From NCBI RefSeq assembly GCF_902713615.1, contig NC_052163.1, forward strand, positions 116,000,912 through 116,064,911: DNA of 64,000 bases, in the 5' to 3' direction. Positions 11,987 through 24,000 of the stretch are shown one piece after another. The notes under the pieces are model-generated. The model was not told the DNA's origin, searched no databases, and saw only the letters and a program-made list of their open reading frames with translations. Origin of the DNA: Scyliorhinus canicula. Taxonomy: Eukaryota. Every line of letters begins with the position of its first letter. The stretch's first letter is position 1. Position numbers and translations under genes: made by a program.

Positions 11987-13213
11987 TTACTGTTGGAACT
12001 TTACAGAACTGTAGCTCACTGGCAAATCATGTGACCTGCAGCAGCCTTTTGTTCTGGTCCAGCATTGCCCATTTTTGAATAAGCAGAAAGTAAAGTTTGA
12101 TTTTAAACAGTTTATGATATCTTTCATGTCTTCTGGATGTGACAATTCATAATACATTTGGAAGGGACCTTTGTTTGGACTCTTGAGCTGCATAAATGCC
12201 ATAGACAATGGTGAAAACACACGCTGGGTATAGTTAAAGAGTTGCATTTTTATAGTGCCTTTCACAACCTCAGACCACCCCAAAGTGTTTCACCAATGAA
12301 TTTCTGTTTGAAGTGGAGTCACAGATGTAATGTAGGAAATGTAGTCAGCAATTTGAAATGAAATGAAAATCGCTTATTGTCACAAGTAGGCTTCAAATGA
12401 AGTTACTGTGAAAAGCCCCTAGTCGCCACATTCCGCCACCTGTTAGGGGAGGCTGGTACGGGAATTGAACCCACGCTGCTGGCCTGCTTTAAAAGCCAGC
12501 TATTTAGCCCTGTGCTAAACCTGCCCCAATTTGGACACAGCAAGCTCTCCTAAACAGCAATGTGATAATGACCAGATCATTTGTTTTAGTGATGTTGGGT
12601 GAGGAATAAATATTGATCAGGGCACTGGGGAGAACATCCCTTCTCTTCTTTGTAACAGTGCTGTGGGCTCTTTGACACCCACTAGAGAGGGGTAGACAGT
12701 AGCTCTGTGTTTAATGTCTCACCTGAAAGACAGCACCGTACCTGTGACAGTGTGGCACTCCCCCAGTATTGCACTGGGAATGTTAACTTAGACTTTGTGC
12801 TGACGTTTATGTGCTTAAATTCCTATATTTCAACAGTGATTACATTCAAAAGTACTTCATTGGCTGTAAAGTGCTTTGAGACGGCCTGTCTTTGTGAAAG
12901 ACATCATATAAATACAAATCTCTGGAGTTGGTTTTGAAGCCACAATCTTCTGGCTCAGAGGCAAGACAGCTACCACTGAAGCACAGTGGACACATGAAGG
13001 AGGTACTTTCAATTTAATTTATGATATGCGTGCGTGATCTGGAGGTTCAATGATGACAATAACTCTGAAAACAATTGTGTGTGGGGGGGGGGGGATCTCA
13101 AATACTTGCTGATCACCCAAATGTAGGAATAATACCCTTTTACCAGAGGGTTTTGCGATATGTCTCTATAGATTCTTGCTTCCATGCTACCATTTCAGAC
13201 GGTACACAGCAAA

Positions 13214-13535
13214 ATGGAAGAAGAGGAAAGAAGCGACCACCAAGGTGGTGATGGAACCAAAAGAGTTGCGGAAGGTATTGGGAGGAAAGAACTACATAAT
13301 GAACCTCTGCCACGCAATAATGGAGACCAACATTGGAGCCAGAATACTTCTCCCAATAAAACCAGAACGAAAGAACCAGAGGTTGCACCAAGGAACATAA
13401 TCCAGATAACGAGCGCGACGCTGCAGGTGATTGATCAGTCGCAGCAGATTATAACACTTAACATTGGAAGCACTCAAGACCAGGAGAAGGTTCAGTTGAC
13501 ACCTGACCTGGAAGCAGTCTCTACACTGTCGAATG
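13214..13535 (+). CDS. RFXANK: RFXANK first coding exon (N-terminal polar, low-complexity region)
   Basis: Acceptor catttcag| at 13198 (exon from 13199); aaaATGG start at 13214; open for 107 codons; donor G|gtaagc in phase 1, matching the next exon. The protein sequence here is poorly conserved. Confidence 0.75.
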
Positions 13536-16500
13536 GTAAGCCACGAGGAAATCTCCTTGGAGAAAGCCAATGTCCATTATAAGTGGAGTCTTGTAACCCA
13601 CCCTTAGTGCTCCGGGAATTGATGAGGGGAACTGGGGCTATTCAGGTTTAAATACCAGACTAAGGGGGTATCAGGAAAGATAAAACAGACCGGTGCATTT
13701 TTCCATAGAAAAAAGAAGGCTGAGGGGTGATTCGATGGTGCTGAAGACTTACAGATTTGAGAGGGTAAGAGGGAGAGAAGACTGACAGGCAAGACTGAAA
13801 CTAGGGAGGCAGAAATAAACATAGTCACTAATAAATCCAATAGGGAATTCTGGAGAAACTTCCCTACCCAGAGGAAGTTTAGAATGCTACCACAGGGAGT
13901 GGTTGAGGTCAACAGTGTAGATGCATTGAAGGTGAAGCTGGATGAATACTGAGAAAGGAACAGAAGGATATGCTGATAGGGGTGAGATGAAAAAAGGTAG
14001 GAGACTTGTGTGAAGCATAAATATTGGCAAAAAACAATTGGACTGAATGGTCTGTTTGTGTGATGCAAAACTCTGGAAGAATGTGTTCAGATCATGTTAC
14101 CGCAATGAGCTTGGTATTAAATGAGTGGAAATGGTAAATCTTGAACAGTACTTCAGATCGAACTCTTCACCGAAAGGAACCACAGGTTCAAACTAGTGAA
14201 ACGCTGATTTACAATGAAGTCTTGAAGCAAAGAGTAATTAACCTAAAAAATGGAATCCTGGGATGGGTCAGAGAGATAGCAGTGGATTTGGACAGCCTGT
14301 GTGTTGTAGTGAATCAACCACACTAAAATCTCTTCTGCTATTCATTCCCTTAATATCAATGGGAGAGGGAAGATCTGAGAGATGTATTAATGGGTGGTTG
14401 ATTTGGTATTACCCATTTTAAACTATTGTCTCAAGTCAAAATTAACACCCAAAACCTGAAAATAATTTATGTTGACTGTTGCCACAGGCGATAACGAGGG
14501 TTTTTTTTTTGAATGAGTAAACAATTGAATCTCTCTTGCAATAATCAACAGTGAGCAAGTTCTGAGTAACTTTGAAGCAGGAACGTTTTGGTAATTTTGT
14601 GTCTGCACCCAGTGACACCATGACATTTCCAGTATATGGCAATCAGGTTGGCTATAAACCCTGATCCCATTCAATTCCAAATGTGAATGACAGGAATATG
14701 TCAGGATCTGCAGAGGCGTTGCAGGCCTCCATACTCAGGCATCTAGCCATCTGTCCAATGGGAGAATCTATCAATGGAGTACCATCACTATCAAGCAGAT
14801 GTTTTGACCAGAAGGTAACCAATACTGTTTCCGGTACTCGATTTCGTACCATTCTGGAAGGTGCTTTTGGATTGATTTGGTTAAGGACAAAACCCAGTTG
14901 GCTGCGATGTTCTCCGTCATTGAATATCCGACTGATGTTCACTAGTCCAAGCTCACACATTTAGAGCTATGTCCTGCGCGGTGCGAGGATTGATACTGGA
15001 AGGTGCTACCCCAATCCCCTCCCTCACACAGGAGAAGAACAGGGAAGAGATTCCTCGAATGAGAAGTTTGTCCTGTGAATAGACTACGCCTATATTCTCT
15101 GGAGTGTAGAAGAATGAGAGGTGGTCTCATTGAAAGGTTCAACATTTTTAGAAAGCTTGACAGTATAGATGCTGAGAGGATGTTTTCCCTGGTTCGAGAA
15201 TGTAGAACTAGGGATCATAGTTCCAGGATAAGGGGTCAGCCATTTAGGACTGAGATGAGGCGAAATTTCTTCACTCGGGATTGTGAGTCGGTGGCATTTT
15301 CTACCCCAAGAACATTGGATATTCAGTCATTGAGTGTATTTAAGACAGAGATTGATAGAGTTTTGGAATCTAAGGGAAGCTAGGGATATGATGAGAAGGC
15401 AGGAAAATTAGTTGAGGTAAACAATAAGCCATGATTGCACTGAATGGCGGAGCAGCCTTGAGGGGCTGTATGGCCTACTCCTGCTCCTATTTCTGATCAT
15501 CTTATATTGCAATATAACTCTTATGGATGGTTTCTCGTTCCCCAGAACCGCTTTCGCTACCGGAGAAAGCCAACCCCGCATACAAGTACGCCACGACGCT
15601 CACAAACAGACAACGAGGGAATGAGATCTCATCACCCCCAGCAAACATAGACAGTGGGTACCCTGGCTTTTAGTATTTGTTTTGAATGTTGTCACTGTTA
15701 TAATGTATGAAACATAGCGACTAATTTGCACACTGCCAGCTCCCACATACAGCAATGTAATGTCTGTCTGTGCGGAGTCTGCACGTTCTCCCCGTGTGTA
15801 CGTGGGTTTCCTCCATGTGCTCCGGTTTCCTCCCACAGTCAAAGATGTGCAGGTTAGGTGGATTGGCCATGATAAATTCCCCTTAGTGTCCAAAATTGCC
15901 CTTAGTGTTGGGTGGGGTTACTGGGATAGCTTGGAGGTGTGGGCTTGGGTAGGGTGCTCTTTCCAAGAGCCGGTGCAGACTCGATGGGCCGAATGGCCTC
16001 CTTCTGCACTGTAAAATACTATAATGTCTTTTCTGTCCTGATGTTGGTTCAGGGACAAACATTATCCAAGACACCAAGTGTAACTCCCCTGCTCTTCTTC
16101 AAAATAGTGCCATCAGATCTTTGGGCAGGCGGTGGCGTAGTGGTATAGTCGCTGGACTAGTAAACCCGAGACCCAGAGTAATGCTCTGGCGATGCAGGTT
16201 CAAATCCTGTCACTGCGGATCGTGAAATTTGAATTCAATAAAAATCTGGAATTAATAGGGCAGCATGGTGGCATAGTGGTTAACACAGCTGCCTCGCGGC
16301 GCCGAGGTCCCAGGTTCGATCCTGGCTCTGGGTTACTGTCCGTGTGGAATTTGCACATCCTCCCCACAACACAAAGATGTGCAGGGTAGGTGGATTGGCT
16401 ACGCTAAATAGCCCCTTAATTGGAAAAAATGAATTGGGTACCCTAAATTTAAAAAAAAATTCTGGAATTATTAATAATAACCTTTTATTGTCACAAGTAT

Positions 16501-18039
16501 GAATTTACTGTGAAAGGCCCCTAGTCGCCATATTCCGGCGCCTGTTCGGGTAAGCAGGTATGGGAATTGAACCAGCGCTGCTAGCCTTGTTCTGCAAACT
16601 AGCTGTCTAGCACACTGAGCTAAACCAACCCCATGTGCCTCCAGTGGAGAAGCATTAAAGTCTAATGATGACCATGAAACCATTGTCGATTGTCGTAAAA
16701 ATCCATCTGGTTCACCTTCCTTTAGGGAAGGAAATCTGCCATCCACACCTGTTCTGGCCGACATGTGACTCCAGACCCACAGCAATGTGGTTGACCCTTA
16801 ACTGCCCCCTTAATGGAAATTAGGGATGGGTAATAAATGCTGGCACAGCCTGCGATGCCCACGTCCCATCAACAAACAAAAAAACCATCCACCCAAGAAA
16901 GCAGATAGGGTCTCGGTTAAACACCTTATTCAAAAGACAGCACCTCTGACAGTGCAGCACTCCCTCAGGACTGCATTGGGTGTAGATTTTTGTCCTCGAG
17001 TCTCTGCAGCGCAACTTGAATTTTTCGACCTTCTGAGCTACAGCCATCAGAGACCCGAGTTAACGTTCTGGGAAGAACTCCTACTTGAATCCGAGAGAAG
17101 AAAGTTCCAGTGGAGAAGAATTCGGATCCATTTATACGATTTGGAAACACGCGCAGTTCTTCCACTAGACATTTTGTACTCAACATGACAAATTATCACT
17201 CACCACATGACAACGTGACAAAGGGCAGCATGGTAGCACAGTGGTTAACACAGTTGCTTGACAGCTCCAGGGTCCCAGTTTCGATTCCCTGCACGTTCTC
17301 TATGTGTCTGTGTGGGTTTCCTCCGTGTGTTCCGGTTTCCTCCCGCAGTCCAAAGATATGCGGGTTAGGTGGATTGGCCATGCTAAATTGCACCTTAGTG
17401 TCCAAAAAGGTTAAGTGGGGGTTACTGGGTTACGGGGATAGGGTAGATACATGGGCTTGAGTAGGATGCTCTTTGTAAGGACCGGTGCAGACTCGATGGG
17501 CCGAATGGCCTCCTTCTGCACTGTAAATTCTACGATATTATGAAATGTTTTTCTTGCTCCCTTTACAGCACTATCAATTCATCAGCTGGCGGCTCAGGGG
17601 GACCTGGTGAAACTCATGTCACATCTTCAACCAGGTGAGCAAGGGAAATATAGCTGGACAATAGCAGGGGGGGGCAGTGGAGTAATGGCAATGCTACTGA
17701 ACTAGTAATCTAAAGGCCCAGGTTAATGTCCAGGGGACATAATAATTTGCCAAATTTATGATCACTTTTACTGATACGAACTCAATACTTAGTTTTTTTC
17801 AGTAAACTACCCTGTTGGGATCTGAAGAATCCCATTCGCTGGATTATTAGACCAGGCCTCAGATTTACTAGTCCAACAACAAAATTGTTACTCTATCCTA
17901 CCCAATTCAAGCGTGTATTAACCTGTCACTGATCCGTTGCTTTCTATAGTCTCTGGAGTTGATGTGATTTCATTGAAACGTAACGGGCAGGATTCTCCGG
18001 TTGCTGGCTGCAGAATACCCGTTTACGATCAAATCGTGG

Positions 18040-18076
<37 letters not shown>

Positions 18077-21000
18077 ATGCTCTTCCCCCGACCTGCCGAG
18101 TTCCCGACAGCATCAGCCGCGTGTGGTATCATCCATCGGGAACTTGGTGTGTGGCTGTAGACTCAGTCCAGTGCTGACAGTCGGGGGAGGGCCGATCTGC
18201 GGGCACGGGGGACTTTGACAAGGGCTGGGGCACAGCTGGGGGTTGGTCCGGGGCTCACGAGCTGGCCAAAGAGGGGGCACTATTTCACAGGCTGGGTCCG
18301 TGAGCACCCGGCACCATGTTGCATGGCACGGCCGCTGCAGGCCGCCACTGTGTGCATGGGCATGCGCAGCCACGGGCCCGGCAATTCTCTGGGCTGTATT
18401 GGCAACTCGAGCCGGGTGCTCTATGCTACTGGCATGCTAGCCCCCAGCAAAACAGGGAATCGGTGGCCGTTTTGCGGCAGAATTTCGGTCGTAAAATGCC
18501 ACCGTAGCCACTCCAGTGTGGGACAGAATCCAGCCCAACATTTTCTAGAAGGCTTGATAGGCTCGATGCTGAAAGGCCATTTGATCTGGCTGGAGAGCTG
18601 GGGAGTGGGTCACAGTCTAGGATAAGGAACTGGGCATTCGGACTGAGATGAAGAGAAATGTCTCCACTCTGAAGATTATGAACCATTGGCAATTCTCTAC
18701 TCCAGATGCTCAGTTGTTGAAAATATTGAACACTGAGATGGATAAGATTTTTTACACACTTAGGAATAGGGGATAGGGTGGGAAAATTGATTTGAAATAG
18801 AAGTTCAGCCATGATCTCATGAATGGCGAGCAGACTCCAAGGAACTCATGACCTACTCCAATATCTTAGCAACAGAAGCAAAGGTTGGTTAATGGAGCTG
18901 AAATACAAATCAGCCATGATCTAATTGAATGGCGGAACAAACCCAAGGGGCTGAATGGCCTACTCCTATCCCTAAATCTATGTACATACAATAATAATCT
19001 TTATTGTCACAAGTAGGCTTACATCAACACTGCAATGAAATTACTGTGAAAATTCCCTTGTCGCCACATTCCGGTACCTGATCGGGTACACGGAGGGAGA
19101 ATTCAGAATGTCCAAATTACCTAACAGCACGTCTTTCGGGACTTGTGGGAGGAAACCGGAGCACCCGGAGGAAACCCATGCAGACATGGGGAGAATGTGC
19201 AGACTCTGCACAGACAGTGACCCAAGCCGGGAGTTGAACCTGGGACCCTGGCGCCGTGAAATAATGGTGCTAACCACTGTGCTACGTGCTGTTACACTTT
19301 CTCTCTCTCTTTGTAATCTCAGTGGCAAATAGTTCTTATGCAAAGGTCCAATCATAAGTGCTGCTTGCGTGCAACATCATGGTGAAGACAATGATGTGGA
19401 CAAATTCGATGGGCCTGACAGTTCAGGCTTATTTCTTATCTTCCTTAAAATGCTGTTAAAATGTGCTTTTTTCCATTTTACAGGGAGTTCATTGCTCAAT
19501 GTGCCGGACGAACGAGGCTTTACACCATTAATGTGGGCGGCAGCGTTTGGGGAAATAGCTGTTGTGAAGTTTTTGCTCGAGATGGTGAGACTAAGGGAAA
19601 GTTATTTGTTTCTTTACTATGCTGCTTTCAAGTCAACTTCATCCATTTATTCAGGAGGTGCAGGTATTTGCAATATCGGGGCTACTTAAAAAATTGTTTT
19701 GTGAAATGTAGTGCTCATTAGTTTGAGACACTGGGTGCGATTCTCCGACCCCACGCCGGGTGGGAGAATCGTGGGAGTGCCGGGCGAATCACGCCATGCC
19801 GCTCTGGCACCCGCATGCGATTCACCCACCCTCCCCAAAATGGCGTGTCGCGTTTTGCGACAGGCCACTCGGAGAATCGCTGCTTCAGTCGAGTGGCGAT
19901 TCTCCGGCCCGGATGGGCCGAGCGTCCTGCCTAATATGACCGGTTCACGCCGCCGCCAACCACACCTGGTCGCTGCCGGCGTGAACAGCGCGCGACCGCT
20001 GCGTGTGGGGCCTATGGGGGGTGGAGGGAGAATCGAGCACCAGGAGGGTGCTCAGGAGGGGTCTGGCCCGCGATCGGTGCCCACCGATCGTCAGGCCAGC
20101 GTCTCTGAAAGACGCACACTTTTCCCTCCGCCGCCCCAACATCACTCCGACATGTCTTGCGGGGCAGCGGAGGGGAAGACGGCAACCGCGCATGCGTGGG
20201 TTGGCGCCGGCCAATCTGCACATGCGCGGGTGACGTCATTTAGGCGCCCGAGATTGACGCGCTGCCGCTCCTATCCCCCTGGGGGTGGGAGAGTAGGGGG
20301 CGAGGAGCGGCCTCTGAAGCCGGAGTGAAACATTCTGGTTTTCACTCCGGTGTCGGCACTTTGTCTCCCTTTGGGAGAATCGCGCCCACTGACTCTCGGA
20401 TAAGAAATGCCTCAATTTTAAAATTCTTACTTGTTTTTAAATTCTTCCATGGTCTAACACTGCCCTACCCAACCCCTCCCCATCTCAGTCCTTCAGCCTT
20501 ACAACTGCATGAAATCTTTGCGCTCCAATATTTGAGTATCCTGAATTTTACTATTGGCAGCTGTGCCGTCAGTTGCCAAGGCTTTAGGCTCTGGAATTCT
20601 CAATCTAAATCTTTCCACCTCCTTTAAAACACTGCTTAAAACCTCTGCCCTGAAACCTCTGTATGTGACTCGGTGTCAAAACGTATTTGACAATGCTCCT
20701 GCAAAGCAACTTGGCACCTTTCACTATCTTAGAGGTGCATCTGTTATGGGCCAGGGCTTACAAAATGCAAAGTGTATTATGAAGTTCACCTGACCTATAA
20801 CTTTTATGTTGAATTTGGATAGGATGAGCACCAGAGCCTTCGCTTCAGGATACTTATCAGACTTCCTCGGTGCTTTTATCAAAACAATGTTTATTATAAG
20901 AATGTAGTTAACATATATGGGCAGCAGGGTAGCATGGTGGTTAGCATAAATGCTTCACAGCTCCAGGGTCCCAGGTTCGATTCCCGGCTGGGTCACTGTC

Positions 21001-24000
21001 TGTGTGGAGTCTGCACGTCCTCCCCCTGTGTGCGTGGGTTTCCTCCGGGTGCTCCGGTTTCCTCCCACAGTCCAAAGATGTGCGGGTGAGGTGGATTGGC
21101 CATGCTAAATTGCCCGTAGTGTCCTAATAAATGTAAGGTTAAGGGGGGGGGGTTGTTGGGTTACGGGTATAGGGTGGATACGTGGGTTTGAGTAGGGTGA
21201 TCATGGCTCGGCACAACATTGAGGGCCGAAGGGCCTGTTCTGTGCTGTACTGTTCTATGTTCTATATAAAACACAAGAATTTGTTATCAATTACAAACAT
21301 GAAAACAGCTATAGTACGCTTTGTATATAACTCTTAATGAATCCCCCTTAGTAACCGTTAGGCCACACTTGGAGTATAGTGTTCAATTCTGGTCGCCACA
21401 CTACCAAAAGGATGTGGAGGCTTCAGAGAGGGTGCAGAAGAGATTTACCAGGATGTTGGCTGGGATGGAGGAGGGCATTAGCTATATGAGAAGTTGAATA
21501 AACTCGGTTTGTTCTCACTGGAATGACGGAGGTTGAGGGGCGACCTGATAGAAGTCTACAAAATTATGAGGGGCATAGACAGAGTGGATAGTCAGAGGCT
21601 TTTTCACAGGGTAGAGGGGTCAATTACTAGGGGGCATAGGTTTAAGGTGCGAGGGGCAAGGTTTAGAGGAGATGTACGAGGCAAGTTTTTTTACACAGAG
21701 GGTAGTGGGTGCCTGGAACTCGCTGCCGGAGGAGGTGGTGGAAGCAGGGACGATAGTGACATTTAAGGGGCATCTTGACAAATATATGAATAGGATGGGA
21801 ATAGAGGGATACAGACCCCGGAAATATCGAAGATTTTAGTTTAGATGGGTAGCATGGTCGGCACAGGCTTGGAGGGCCGAAGGGCCTGTTCCTGTGCTGT
21901 ACTTTTCTTTGTTCTTTGTTCAGTGCAAAATCCAATAAACCAAAACCCCTTTCAACGGTGTGGCCCAGCACACTGTAATCTCACTTGAATGGGACTGGTC
22001 CTTTCCCTGAGATTTTGATCCAGTTCCAACCAGCAGATTCAAAACTCCTTCCGGAAAGCAACTCTATCTTTAAAGTTACCAAGGCAGTTTGCCACACCCA
22101 ATGTGCTTTCAGTTCCCTGGTACAGTTTTAAAATGAAAACAGGAAAACACTGCTTCTCTTCTGCAGTCCTGAGCAACAAACCAAAACTGAAACTCAAAAA
22201 CGTAAACCCCCCTCACCTGACAGCCACAGTCCAGCTCCACCCACAAATGACATCACTGAAGCCGTGTTTCAAGTCACGTGGTAAGAGAAAACCTTTCTTA
22301 AAGGGACACTCGCATGTGACACTATTTAAATACAAATTGTTGCTATTGAAGAACTGAACACCTTCCATTTCAGGCAAGTGTCACTTTTAAATAGTTGCAG
22401 GTCAGGAAAAAGTGGTTAGAACACCCTTCCTGTGGACTCTAGCCCACCCAATGCTTGGTGCTACCCCCACGGTCAAGACTAAGATCTCAGGATCATCTAT
22501 GTGTCACTCCTGTCCATCATGCAGCCAATCAAATATAATTAAACTGCCTTTGTTGGTTCAGCTAACAGTGCACTGCCTAATACCAGCACACAGTATACTA
22601 CTGAACCGCTCAGACCAAGATCCCGGACTCATCATAGTCCAGCAACCACACAAGGAGCAACGCAATTGACCCGAGCATTAATGTATAGTGAGCATAATGA
22701 TTAATTACTATAAATAATGATAAATGATGATAGTCACCATAGTCCCAGATGACCATAGGCTGCTTTCCCCTTTGAGGCGGAGAGCTGACTGGTGATGATT
22801 TAACCTGAGGGTCACCGCACCTCAGACGAGGGGCAAGGTTAAGAAGACGGAGCCTTCATGAATAACCTCAGCCGGTACGGGAAATGAACCTGCGCTGTTG
22901 GCCTCGCTCTGCATCACAAACCAGCTGTCCAGCCAACTGAGCTAAACCAGTGCAAAGTGACCATTAATAATAATTAATAATTAAATGAGCCCTGCTGGAC
23001 AGATTATCTGGGAAAACCGTGGGACAGGATCATGTTTGATAGTGAAGCACTGCTTTGATTTGATTTATTGTCACATATACCGAAGTACAGTAAAAAGTAT
23101 TTTTCTGCGGCCGCGGGAACGTACACAGTAGACGAAAAAATAATCAAGAGTACATTGACAAATGGTACATCGACAAACAGTGATTGGTTACAGTGCGGAA
23201 CAAGGGGCCAAACAAAGCAAATACATGAGCAAGTGCAGCATAGGGCGTCGTGAATAGTGTTCTTACCGGGAACAGATCAGCCGAGGGGGAGTCGTTGAGG
23301 AGTGTTGTAGCTGTGGGGAAGAAGCTGTTCCTATGTCTGGATGTGCAGATCTTCAGACTTCTGTCCCTTCTGCCTGATGGCAAGGTCTGGAAGAAGGCAA
23401 TGCCTAGGTGGGAGGGGTCTCTGATAATGCTGTCTGCCTTTCTGATGCAGCGGGAGGTGTATACAGAATCAATGTGAGGGTGGCAAGCTTGTGTGGTGAG
23501 TTGGGCTGAGTTCACCACACTCTGCAGTTTATTGTGATCTTGGACCAAGCAGTTGCCATACCAAGCTGTAATGCCGGCTAGGATGCTCTCCATGCACATG
23601 TGTAGAGGTTTGTGAGAGTCAATACAGACATGCACAGTTGAATAACCATTTAGGTTGACACTCAGAGAATAGCCAATAGGGTGAGACCCCAGGACACTGC
23701 CAGTGCCGAATGAAACTGTAGATCAAGGTGAGAACAATTAGAATCAGAACACATAACTATTCCATATGAATAAGCAGAATGTCTTGCATGAAATGGTTTA
23801 CTTGAAACTTTCATATAAGCTCAACTTACTGTCCTCACAGGGTGCTGACCCACACACTCTGGCGAAGGAGCGGGAGAGCACGCTGTCACTGGCTAGCATC
23901 CAGGGATACACCGACATTGTCCTGTTACTCCTTGACCATGGAGTGGATGTCAACATTTATGACTGGGTACGGTTATGCATGAGCTACTAGACTGCCTGAT

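Larger units (their letters stand above)
20742..22321 (-). mobile_element. Probable solo LTR interrupted by a V-SINE and a CR1 fragment
   Basis: TGTTATGG...ATGTGACA termini interrupting an older SINE tail; no clean TSD. Confidence 0.45.

Noticed and set aside
20919-20995. tRNA genes at the many A-box/B-box heads
   Set aside because: Each continues into a SINE body and tail, so these are tRNA-derived SINE heads
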